Shown one piece after another: positions 1 to 10,237 of a DNA stretch of 20,000 nt. How positions within the stretch are numbered: position 1 is the first letter of the stretch; each line of letters begins with the position of its first letter. Position numbers and translations under genes: made by a program. The notes below the pieces were generated by a model, which was given only the letters and a program-made list of their open reading frames with translations, ran no database searches and was not told the origin of the DNA. Source of the DNA: Catajapyx aquilonaris (taxonomy: Eukaryota); NCBI GenBank assembly GCA_000934665.2, contig KZ538394.1:55380-75379 (forward strand), read 5' to 3'.

Positions 1-741
1 AATGTAGGAGCAAAATGAAGTGCACGGAGACCATTGTTTAAATGCCTTCTTTTTTCCATAGAAAACATCTTGTAGCTATCTTGCACTGAATTATTCCACA
101 ACAGCGAGTATACTGTAAGGTTATATTGAGGAATGAATAAATCAAAAGCCCGACAAACTCGTCGTCTGGCCGTTCACAAACACCATTATTTTTTTGATAG
201 CTATTTGATACATGGGAGGAAAGATAGCATCCGCACAATTATTAGGAAACTGATGGCTGGTATCATATTCGCCGGGCAGCTGGTATAATAACTATAATTC
301 TTGTTAAATCGTGTTGCTTTGTTAGAGATCTAATGTTACATTTCGGCAATATTCCTGCAGAGTACATACCATAATATATTATACATTATTCAAGTGTCAC
401 ACAGTTATTAATTTTGGATATCGCAAGATACATCATCATTATATGTTTTAACAATGACTTACAATTCTAAAAATTGGAGGATATAAAATTGTACTTCAAT
501 AGACCACAAAATAATACGATAAAATAACATGTTCATACATACACATATACATGACATTTTCCATGTAACAAGGTAGTCATCGATGAAAAAGACGACGCAA
601 GATTACCCCAATTATGAATAAAAATCACACGCCTTCAATGAAATAAAACAAGTAATGAAACAAACAACTCGGAAAACGCAAAATCATAAGAAGTAATAAT
701 TCCGCAACATATCACCATAATTATATTATGCACATGAACTA

Positions 742-779
742 TATGCCTCACGTGACCCAATCGGGACATGTGAGGCATA
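742..779. repeat. Short inverted repeat / hairpin (17-bp stem, 4-nt loop)
   Basis: TATGCCTCACGTGACCC-AATC-GGGACATGTGAGGCATA: arms pair with one G-T and one A-A mismatch. Confidence 0.7.
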
Positions 780-836
780 CCTTGAATGATCTTGTTAAAT
801 TGAAAATAGCACATGAGAGAATAATAATCACCTCAC

Positions 837-1244
837 CACAGGCTTAAAAAAAGTCATACGGGATTTTCCACACGCACATCTCTTGAATCGTATGATACAA
901 TTTAATCTTTGTCCGAAAGTTGATGATTTGCCCATAAGGTGAACATAGAATTTAGGAATTGTCATCATACCAAGAGTTGGAATAGGCTCGGCGGATTTTC
1001 CGCACATCTTTCGTGGATTTTTTGCCCTATTTCTATTGGTGCTGGTCTCAATCATTTACGATGGATATTTGTCGAATTTAGCACAACACTTTTCCAGGTA
1101 TAAAAGATATGGAATTTCAACACTCCGGCCTATGACAGAGGTCCTTCAGATCTCCACCAGCTTGAAAAGGAAAGTTCGCCTGCTGGTCCAAAACGGCTGG
1201 AAAAATCCCCTGAAAATCCACCGCCTGCCCCCTTTTCACCCGTG
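837..1244. mobile_element. Putative non-autonomous DNA transposon with CAC...GTG termini (CMC/EnSpm-like, tentative)
   Basis: Left end CACAGGCTTAAAAAAAG versus reverse complement of right end CACGGGTGAAAAGGGG. GGATTTT motifs in the left half (about 864, 993, 1015) are mirrored by AAAATCC near the right end (about 1202, 1213). Flanking dinucleotide AC (835-836 and 1245-1246) could be a 2-bp TSD. Confidence 0.45.
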
Positions 1245-1377
1245 ACCCTTCAACTATACTTGAACTCTTTTCCTTCCCTTTGTCCACAGTCCCTCCTCCT
1301 GACTGGTTATCTCCTAATCGTACTGTACTGCACTATCCCCAGCAAGAACGTCACTAACCTTGAAAGGGGGAAGGCCG

Positions 1378-1439
1378 GTGACCCATTGTGAAGTCAGGTG
1401 CAGTCTGATCAGACTGCACAGGACTTCACAATGGGTCAC
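1378..1439. repeat. 62-bp loopless palindrome (two 31-bp arms, 2 mismatches)
   Basis: GTGACCCATTGTGAAGTCAGGTGCAGTCTGA|TCAGACTGCACAGGACTTCACAATGGGTCAC, centred on TGATCA. Confidence 0.95.
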
Positions 1440-2806
1440 TTATGGGAATCTCGAGAAAACGCCTCCTCCCTTGTTCCGTAAATGTAGTATTATTGATGAC
1501 CCTTTCTTTTCTGAGTATGTTAAGTCAAAATTCTTCGTAAAACATATATCATGTACGGGCAATGTTTCATGTGTCCTGGACTTAATTGGCAAGCTTGCGT
1601 GGGTTTGAACATATGACGTTGTTGTCTTAGATGATGAAAGCAAATGAGTGAAAGCGTTATGCAAATATTTTGTTACTGGTGTAGAAATATATAGGAGAGT
1701 GCTGAGCTACAAGAGTAATAATCTGATCAAACAAATGAAAATATTTTTGGAAAAAAAACTTGGCATGTAACAAATAAGGTTAACATATGGTTTCCAATTA
1801 TATTTTTAGAGCGGTTTAGAATTGGTTTGAAAGACATATAATTTCTTTGATTTTGGGCGGAGTTTTTGTAGTAGACAACTACACGGCCCTCCAGCGTTAT
1901 CATATCCTGCGAGTGCCACAACAAGTGGCAAATTCCTCATAATTTATTACGCGTGAAAACATGTGCCACCCGTAGCGGAACTCACAGGATTACGTAAAAA
2001 AAAGAAGAGTTATGAGTATACTGGCAATAATAAAAGGTCCACTCGAATGAACGTGAGCAAGTCAACCGTACGCAAACAGGGTTACGAATAAGTTCACATA
2101 AAAATATGCGAAAAATCTTGATATATCTCATTTAGTCTACCCCAGAACCCAATTTAGTTCACATTCGACTGGTGCGAGAGCCATAATACATGCCCAAAAG
2201 GAGACTTACGCAGATCTTACAGGGCCCAAACCGCCTCAGGGAGGGTGACAAACTGTGACATGGGGTGCAGGGACGAATGAAAAAAAAAAATGCAATTATT
2301 GTTCGGGATGCATGGTTTTATCAGGTGTACATACACAAAATTCCTCTGGAACACCTGGCTCACTGATACACGGTGTCATAAAAGTGTCACTGTTGGAGAG
2401 CATTCCTCTGGCAGCACTGTCAGAAGCATACACGTGATCGGACGTTTTATCCATCAGTGAGGCAGGTGTCTCTATGTTTTTGGGAAGTCAACTTGAATAA
2501 CCATCATGCACTGCAAATCATCATTGCATCTTGGTACTGCCGCCTTCCTCCTCTATCCTATATGTCACTGAATGTCACCGGCGAGGCGCGGAGGTTAGAT
2601 CATGTAAGCCGGCGACGCGACGCGACGGTTAGACGAGGTACGCAGGTAAGGTCTGAGGGAAGGCCCTTTGGGAATATCTTCGGCCTATCCCACCAATTTG
2701 CATGTCAACGAAATGCTACACAGGTAGATGAGACATATCTTTATCTGAACTTTATTATTAACCATGCTTGAGTACGGTTGACTGGCTCACCAATATGTTA
2801 CAGTAA

Positions 2807-3193
2807 TCTGAAACATACAGATATTACACAGACATGCATTCCTCACCCAACCCAGCAGGTTATTTAAGATCAACAAACATCTCGCTAACAAATAAGAGGA
2901 TTATATTGGCCATAAGGAATAACAGCAGATGGATTCCCCTGACGCATGTGTCCTCCTTAACAATAGAACCAGATAACTTATGTTCGATTTGTGGCCATAC
3001 CAACAGAGAGTCCTGGTATCATATTATTTTTGAATGTCTTATCTTAGAGCAAAGAAGGCGTGATATAAACATGATTCAAGTATCCAGGCCCCAATTCTTG
3101 TTAGAGTTGGATGATATAAGTAACGAGAAATTTGCAAGTTTAAAAAGATTACTAATTACGTATTACAGATACAAACGAATAAGTGAAGATTGA
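2807..3193 (+). pseudogene. C-terminal fragment of LINE ORF2 (post-RT region with CCHC zinc finger)
   Basis: The frame is open from the insertion boundary (SETYRYYTD-MHSSPNPAGYL...) to the stop at 3193. It contains CSIC-X9-H-X4-C (CSICGHTNRESWYHIIFEC), similar to the C-terminal zinc finger of non-LTR ORF2 proteins. RT and endonuclease domains are absent. Confidence 0.8.
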
Positions 3194-3359
3194 AGGGGTG
3201 ATAAAAGAATAAAGGTACTAACACACACGAATCGAGGAGAGTTACTAGACCATAGTGTAGTTATAAGGAAAAGTGTAGATGTGGTGAAGTCCGCCCCCAA
3301 GTTAGGGGGGTGTAAAAGCGCTGTGATGTTATAAAGAGTCAAATTGTACGCCAATAAAC

Positions 3360-3428
<69 letters not shown>
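3360..3428 (+). repeat. (TTA)n microsatellite, tail of the LINE
   Basis: About 23 perfect TTA units directly after AATAAA and before the right TSD. Confidence 0.95.
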
Positions 3429-3430
<2 letters not shown>

Positions 3431-4501
3431 CAATATGTTACAGTAGGCCTACTCCTGTTTTACTTCATTACACCAGAATTTATTGACACACAATAATTGC
3501 TAGCTATTGAAGGTAAGAGGATGTATCTTATACTGCAAGCATTCCACTTCTCCACGGAAAAAAAATTAAAAATTACGTGCAGGAAGAAAATGTATAAAAT
3601 ATTATTTTGTTGACATATTTTGCCCTAGAGAATTTAGGTAATGGTATTCCCAAAATGCCGAAGTTTTTTAAATATTTAGAATGTGCAATACTCGTATATA
3701 CAGTAGGTATAAAATGTATTAGTTGAACGCATGGCATGAAAAATTAATCGAGGACTCAAGAGTGACCTTCTAGACATTACACATGCTGTGCTGTCGCCTT
3801 AACTCGCAGAATAAAGAGCGACGTACATAAAGAGCTCCTGCTAGAGAACCCAAGGTGTACTATATGTAAGTTATACTATGGCCTATAGGCAGGCCTACTG
3901 TACGTATTCCTCATTCCTTCATCTCCAGTCCAACATCATCCAGCATATTGCGCCATAGAAGCTCTATTAGGCATAATTACAGTCATCCCCAGATATTACG
4001 TCGTAATTGGTTCCGACACCGACGACGTAAGTCGAGAGAGATTTTCCCATAAACGCAGTGTTAAAATGAGGAGAGTGGCTCGACAGAAGCAGCCAGTTTT
4101 CACCAAATTTTCACCATGTAGGCCTACAAGTATTTGTGCTTATGAAAATTGTTACAAACAAAATTATTGAATTGACAAGCAAATATCAATTTCAGAAGAA
4201 ACTATTTAACCGTGACAGAAAAGACATTTCTTTTAAACGGTTGCTGCTGGATAATCTGGATCATCAGTGCCAGTTATATGCCAATACAAGTTCTGTGTTA
4301 CTCACTCCCTACAGTTCACGAGCGACGTAAGGGAAATGTAATACAATGTAGACATGAATCTATAATCTCATCGGTTGTTTAAACAAATGAAAATATACGC
4401 TAATTGAAGACTGAACTGCAGACAGGGATCATCGAGGGGTTTCCATGAGGAAGCAACCAGGCCAAGGACCCCAGTACGTGTCGCGTCAACCATGAGAGTT
4501 C

Positions 4502-4825
4502 TTTTTTTTTCGTTACCCTGTGATAAGGCGGAGCCTTTTTATGGGGGTGGAATACCACCATTTCACTCCATTTTTTCTAGATTTAACTTCAATCTCCGGT
4601 GCAAGGAGTCAAGGATGCAGGGTAGGGGCAGGGATTTTTGGGGAGGGAACATAGGTGTAAGCTGCAAGGTCTGTAAAGGGGTCATGTGCTGTTCTCCAGG
4701 AGGTTAGGTTGCTAGACACTTCCAAGGTGCAAGTCAGAGACCCTCATGACGCAGGTGAAGGGAAGACTCCCCAGGCGGGGATCGAACCTGGCGCCTTTCA
4801 CTCAGCAAGCCGAGATTGAGCCGAT
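4502..4825 (-). mobile_element. Diverged tRNA-derived SINE, related to the SINE at 18728-19167
   Basis: Minus-strand B box GGTTCGATCCC (4778-4788), degenerate A-box-like GGCTCAAT upstream, short A tail (T run at 4502-4510). The body aligns by eye with 18893-19083 (e.g. GTGTCTA, GCACA, CACCTWTGTTCC, TGCACCG..GAGATTG..TAGAAAAATGGAG). No TSD found; the 5' boundary is approximate. Confidence 0.75.
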
Positions 4826-4899
4826 CATTGACATTTCATCTGTTACTAGGCACCAACATGGCAAAATTTGACATTTTTTTTGGCAAAAGTGCGAAAGTG

Positions 4900-4905
4900 G
4901 AGAGA

Positions 4906-4951
<46 letters not shown>
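4900..4951. repeat. (GA)n microsatellite
   Basis: About 25 GA units with one interruption at 4911. Confidence 0.97.
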
Positions 4952-4953
<2 letters not shown>

Positions 4954-4987
4954 CGCACCAGGCAGCAGAATCGAAGCAACATCCGAC

Positions 4988-5027
4988 GGTGAAGTGCAGA
5001 AGTAAGAGGTGAAGTGAAGAAGTAAGC
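4988..5027 (+). repeat. 20-bp tandem duplication (2 copies)
   Basis: GGTGAAGTGCAGAAGTAAGA / GGTGAAGTGAAGAAGTAAGC. Confidence 0.85.
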
Positions 5028-5037
5028 GAGTCCCGAC

Positions 5038-5052
5038 CAACGAGGTGGCGCC
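5038..5052 (+). promoter_or_regulatory. Candidate CTCF-like binding motif
   Basis: CAACGAGGTGGCGCC contains the AG(A/G)TGGCGC core of the metazoan CTCF motif (5043-5051). Motif match only. Confidence 0.3.
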
Positions 5053-6423
5053 CTGAGCGGCTTAATATTGGGAATCCCGTGGAACGGGTGGTTTCCCCCT
5101 TTTCGGTTTTTTGCGTTTTACAAAGTCCCTGGGCACTGTTTCCAAAAAACAAATGTTTATTGCAAATATATAAAACGCGGGCTAAATTTTGATACCACTC
5201 CCAATGCTGTGGGCCTCACGGTTCGGGAGGAGTTGCCATGACAGTCGGCTTTTAATAATATAGTTTTTTTTTAAATGAGGTTACCTCTGCAGAAGTACAG
5301 CGACTTTAACCGTAACGGAACAATGGGATCTCTATGAGAAAGGCTACTACTCACAGCCGGTTTTGTCAGATTAGCGTCACATCCTTTGTTACATTACAGC
5401 TCCTGTATTCGACACGGGCCCTCCATCAAAAGCACAAATGACAAAAGAAAAGAAATTAAAAATGACACACAACGACGTTGTTGCACGGTCCGAAAACCAC
5501 GCGAGGAAATGCGATAGATCTTCGATGGTCAACCGCGTTAATTAGGGTACCGCTGGCAAAGAGAACGCTCCCCATGTAACAGGATTATCGTCCATCGAGC
5601 ACATTCATCAACCGTAGCGTCCATTACGCCAGACAACGCGCATCATTTTCAGTTTGGCGATCTAATCGAGTCCCATTCATTTTGTTTCCTTTGTTGCGGG
5701 CCCACTATGCATCCAGGTATGTTGGGTGCCATATGCCAGTATTTTCAAAAAGATGGCTCCCATGGGACTACTCTTGCCATCTCCATTCAATTATATACAA
5801 ATCGATTGCTGGACCGGTTTCCAATTTTTCAGCAAAAAAAAAATATGGGGGGAAAAATGGGAGTCGTAAAGTAGGCTATCTTGTGCAAGGTTCTGGAGTG
5901 CCTGCGAAGGGTCCCTATTCATCGTTTGTCTAATTAAGAGGAACAAAGGAGATAGGCGAGCAATTTGGCAGAGAGTTTCTGGGGCCAAAGAGGCATGGAA
6001 ACGGGTCGAGCGAAGACTTCTTCCGCTTCTGCTCTCCACTGTGATTGGCGCCTAAAACTAAGGAAGAAAATCATATGGAATTGTACCGTCTTCCGCACTG
6101 GTTGGTGCTTTACATAGGACCTAACAGGCACCCAGGTCTTGATGATGACTTCAGGATGGCGTTGAGTATGAATTAAGTAGGAGTCACCCCAGAGGGTAGA
6201 TTTCAATGTTTACTATTTATGGCTATAGTTGGAACAACACTCCATTTCGTCATTCACTGTGTGGTAAAACTTACACCTGAGTTTGGGTGTGACTACTCCT
6301 CAAATATGATGATTACTCTATAATGAACCTTCAATTTCTCGGTGAGTTAGTTTTTTCTTTAAAATTCGAGTTTTAACCCGAGTCTTTTTGGAATTTATTA
6401 CACCAGTTGGCCATGTGATTGAA

Positions 6424-6491
6424 AATATCCTGCGGGTTACACCACTCACCTGCCACAGTTAATTGAAGGGTGGCATAACCAGCAGGATATT
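6424..6491. repeat. Small inverted repeat (possible mini-MITE remnant)
   Basis: AATATCCTGCGGGTTACACCAC versus reverse complement of the right arm AATATCCTGCTGGTTATGCCAC. Confidence 0.65.
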
Positions 6492-6511
6492 CAAAACATA
6501 ATCCTACTGTA

Positions 6512-6947
6512 CAGGGTGTTCATGAAAAACACATACAAACCTATACCACCCCCTACCTAGGCACCAGAGGATCACATTATGTAGAGGAGTGATTATGCCT
6601 GGACCGCCTCATTACTGAGATAATTGACCCACCTGCTCTTTAGTGATTTAGCTTAAGCGTTAGGGGGTATCCATGTGAAAACCAAAAATGTGCTGCAGAA
6701 AAATTTGCCAATAGCGATTATTCTAGCTGCTCCAGAACGGCGATGCGATTTTTGCCTAATCACTCCTTCTGACTGGGGGAGGGTTCGTTGGGTGGCCTAA
6801 CTTCCAGGATATTTTATACTACCTGCTTAAGGCAATTTGCGCGGTAATGAGGCGGTCCAGGCATAATCACTCCTCTACATAATGTGATCCTCTGGTGCCT
6901 AGGTAGGGGATGGTATAGGTTTGTCGGTGTTTTTCATGAACACCCTG
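6512..6947. mobile_element. Tc1/mariner-type MITE with 104-bp TIRs and TA TSD
   Basis: TA(6510-6511)-CAGGGTGTTCATGAAAAACAC... and ...GTGTTTTTCATGAACACCCTG-TA(6948-6949). Arms 6512-6615 and 6844-6947 differ at only 3 positions. No transposase ORF. Confidence 0.93.
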
Positions 6948-8821
6948 TATATTGTATCAACACAGATTATCCTACATTCATTGTTCGTAATCAGAATCCC
7001 TCCCTTAATATGAGTTGGTACAACCGGCCATTTTAGCAATAAAGAGACCAGCGCTGAATATATCCCAGTGTTGTGAACTGTGACGAACAATCTAAGGGAG
7101 AGAAATAGCGCTCATCACTATAATAAAACTTGCATTCCGTAGCGACCTCCCCGCCATGCTTTGCCTCCTGAAACAAACATTTTGTATGACAGGTTTCCGA
7201 ACTATTTACTCGTGACATTTTCAACCACACGAGCATAAATGATAAACGAGGTGTAGGCCTACCCTACATGGGGACTGCCAGCGTCCTCATGAAGCTTTCA
7301 CTGCACCTGAACAGGCATCAAAATCCCCCAAAATCCATATTTAATTTGCAAACTCTGCATTTTAAATATTGGGTTCCCCCTCTCCCATTATGCATCAGTA
7401 AGTCAAAGTAGCATCAATTTTAGAGACGGAATTGAAAGAGAAAATAACTTAGCGAATGAAGTGATACCTGCACTTATTTACGGGAATATGATGTGTATGT
7501 ATGTAGTCATATTATATGCAGTACGGTATACAGTGCGTGCAACCTTGAACATATTAATCCGTCGTTACTCGGGGCTGAGCAACAAGTGGTCATTACATTT
7601 GGTAATGCACTGTCTGTGCCATACCCATACGTACATTTTTGAGAAGTGAAACATTGCGCATCAGATATTGTTCTGTCATACCGAGACACACTTCAACAGT
7701 TTTGGTTCAAACGTACTTCGGTCTCAATAAGGGGGTAAGGAGATGAAGATTCTACAGATGTGTTTGTAAGCAACCAATCAGCGTATTGATTTTGTCTTAC
7801 CGCCGGCATACTGTTTCAAATCTCGCCTCGCTCTGAGGCACTGTTGAAGGGCCCTCAATAACATGTCACCGCCAGACATTTTTGATGTAAAAACAGTTCA
7901 GTTGTTATGCACTCTATACGTCAACATTGGCTTTTTTCGGGTTTGCCACTGTGTAAATAAATATTATGGGATAGTTTCCCATAAGCTATACCTTAGGTTC
8001 ATATTTAATATATTATGTTATAGCCACACTTTAGCTATGGCATATTATTTAATTCTGTTTATATAGTTCGTACGCAATAAAAAGTTGAGAAGCTGGAAAC
8101 CAGGAAGTTTAGCAATCACAAGATGTAAAAAAAATTCCTTCAGGTAGCACCCTAGTGGGTGAGGGGAAGGGGGTGCAATAGGGGCTGGTCCGACCCCCTG
8201 AGGTGAAATGAAAATAGACCTGCTGTCATAATAGAGATCCCCGCAGCTCCCAGGCAAGGGAAACCATTCTCTCTCCCAGCTCGCTATTTTGTCCTTTTCG
8301 CGATTGAGTTCACCCTCCCGCTCCCACCGCATACCCCCCGTCGCCCTCCCCTCCCCAAAAAGGCAGTCCGCAAAGCCTGTGCTGTGGGATCCGCGAATAA
8401 GGCAAACGCAAATTTGCCTTCATCAAATTGCAAATGCTGCTTGACCAAATATTTTCCTTCCCCGGCCACTGTGTTGGGTCTATAGGGCGGATGGAAACAT
8501 ACCTTTCCTTCCTTCATCATCGGTAACAAAAACACCCATCCTCCCTCCATTTGTACTAAGATTGTTATTATCCATTATGACAATGTTCACTAAGTGCAAG
8601 CCGAGTGTTGCACAATGTCGGAAAACATTTTAACTCGTGATATGTAAAAGAGGTTGGTGACGTATATGAAACGCGTGATTATATAATGACATGTTATTAA
8701 CTAGTGGTATATAACTTAACAGCATAGGAGTTACTGCTGTAAATACTGTGAACTTAGGTCAGTTCGATTAATTTTGTCTGGAATATATGTGATTAGATGC
8801 CCTCATATTACACTAATTATA

Positions 8822-9015
8822 CAGGGTGGTGTGTGCCCTAGTTGACGGTCTTTACAGCACAGCGGAGAGAAGGGTTGATGGATTAATCACTCCTGGGCGA
8901 TGTAAACGAAAGTTGACTATGGACCAAAGTTCTAATTCGGACCAGGGATGACTAATCAGTCAACTCTCCCTCGTCCTCGCTGCTAAGGACAGAGGAACTA
9001 GACTATACTGAGCTG
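8822..9015. mobile_element. Old Tc1/mariner-type MITE, same family as 16070-16319
   Basis: Starts TA-CAGGGT. Degenerate TIRs of about 75 bp. Shares GTTGATGGNTTAATCACYCCTGGGCGATGT and GTTCNAATTCRGACCAGGG..TCAACTCTCCYTCGTC blocks with the 16070 copy. The right end is approximate. Confidence 0.7.
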
Positions 9016-9866
9016 TTTCATAATTTTTATCATTCTACCAATGAGCCAAATTAGGTGCGTATTGTTCATAATATAAGCACGCATAATGAAATGCTGGATG
9101 TTAGACAGATCACTAAAATTTGGCATGATTAAGCTTGTCGTTGTTCACTCCAGCGTTAATCTTATTCGCTCCTAATATTTGGTGAATAGGGACATTTTGC
9201 AGGTGTGCATAATTTTGTTTATAATATTAACGACATAAAAGTATAGTACTTATTACAGTAGTACGGCCATATGAAATGTCTAGTTCAACCAAAAATGTAA
9301 ATAGAGGACGTCATAGTTTTTGAGCAGTAACTTACATAGCTTCAATGACAGGAAACTTCTGACTTAAGGCTTCAATTAGTAAATTAGTGTGCAAGACAAT
9401 TATTGCACATTGTTATCATAAAACTACAGCATGTACAGTACAATTTCTCTAACCATCTACTCCGGCTCTAAGCACGAACGTGATATTTGGTAAGCTATGT
9501 TTATACAACGTAATTTGCAAGTAACCCGAAGAGAAAGCGAGGATAATAAACCAAATTACAGCGTGCTACCTTTTCAATCCAGTGCAAGGCTCGTCCTCCA
9601 AAATAATCAACTCTCTCGCAAGTGCACTAATTACGCGGGTAATGGCAACGTCCTTTCGAGAGGCCCTGGAATGACATCTGGCATCATATCTTCAAATACC
9701 TAACGACGCTGCACAATGGAATTCCAACCAGCATATAGACTTATACACTACAGTATATATCCCTTTGTAGACACTATCGACACATTTTCATTAAAGCTAA
9801 TTGTGGAGCATAATTATGAGAAAACGGCATTTTTGTATTTTTATATAGCCTACAAAATATGAATTA

Positions 9867-10237
9867 CCGTCGATTGGGGTGAGATTTCGCCAGCGCATTT
9901 TTTGGACAACGTGCGCCCTACCGCGAATTGTAATCGTCATTGCCAACCTTGACCATCCCTCAATGTTAAGTAAAACATGCCTAAATTCGATTGCTGTCAA
10001 TAATAATAATAAATAATAATAATAATTTTATTTCCCTATACAAAGTAGTATTTGGAAAGACCATCCCCCTCCAAAACTTACATAACAATATCACATAAGT
10101 TAGTTGTAATTTTTTCACAGCATAAAAAATTATATAAAGAAAAAACCTTCATAGCAGGCATATCTATGAATGATTGCTGCTAATAGGGCGCACTGTTGTC
10201 TAAAAATGTGCTGGCACAATCTCACCCCAATTGACGG
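9867..10237. mobile_element. TA-target MITE with CCG termini (Tc1/mariner-pogo-like), about 54-bp TIRs
   Basis: TA-CCGTCGATTGGGGTGAGATTTCGCCAGCGCATTTTTTGGACAACGTGCGCCCTA versus reverse complement of the right end CCGTCAATTGGGGTGAGATTGTGCCAGCACATTTTTAGACAACAGTGCGCCCTA. The right flank is CA (likely a mutated TA). Confidence 0.85.
9999..10171 (-). mobile_element. Short retroposon 3' fragment nested inside the CCG-MITE
   Basis: On the minus strand, AATAAA is followed by a (TTA)n tail (about 9999-10026). Flanked by GATTGCTG at 9989-9996 and 10172-10179, extending imperfectly to GATTGCTGNNAATA. Confidence 0.65.

Larger units (their letters stand above)
2806..3430 (+). mobile_element. 5'-truncated non-LTR retrotransposon (LINE) 3' end, RTEX/RTE-group-like (clade tentative)
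   Basis: Perfect 15-bp TSD CAATATGTTACAGTA at 2791-2805 and 3431-3445. Internal ORF with a CCHC finger, 3'UTR, AATAAA at 3353-3358, (TTA)n tail at 3360-3428. Confidence 0.92.

Noticed and set aside
268..285. Helitron-like 3' end (GCCGGGCAGCTGG-T)
   Set aside because: No proper subterminal hairpin and no identifiable 5' end.
1266..1290. Strong splice-acceptor-like tract ending CCACAG (and donor-like CAGGTAAG near 2643)
   Set aside because: No recognisable coding exon can be built; RNA-seq would be needed.
5046..5060. LTR retrotransposon primer-binding site (TGGCGCCC)
   Set aside because: No preceding LTR ending in CA, no second LTR, and no gag/pol.
4802..5152. ORFs with SLSLSL runs
   Set aside because: Translation of the (GA)n microsatellite.
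8140..8471. GC-rich hAT-like MITE (CAGGTAGCAC...GGCCACTG)
   Set aside because: Termini match poorly and there is no 8-bp TSD. Possibly a decayed repeat but not supportable.
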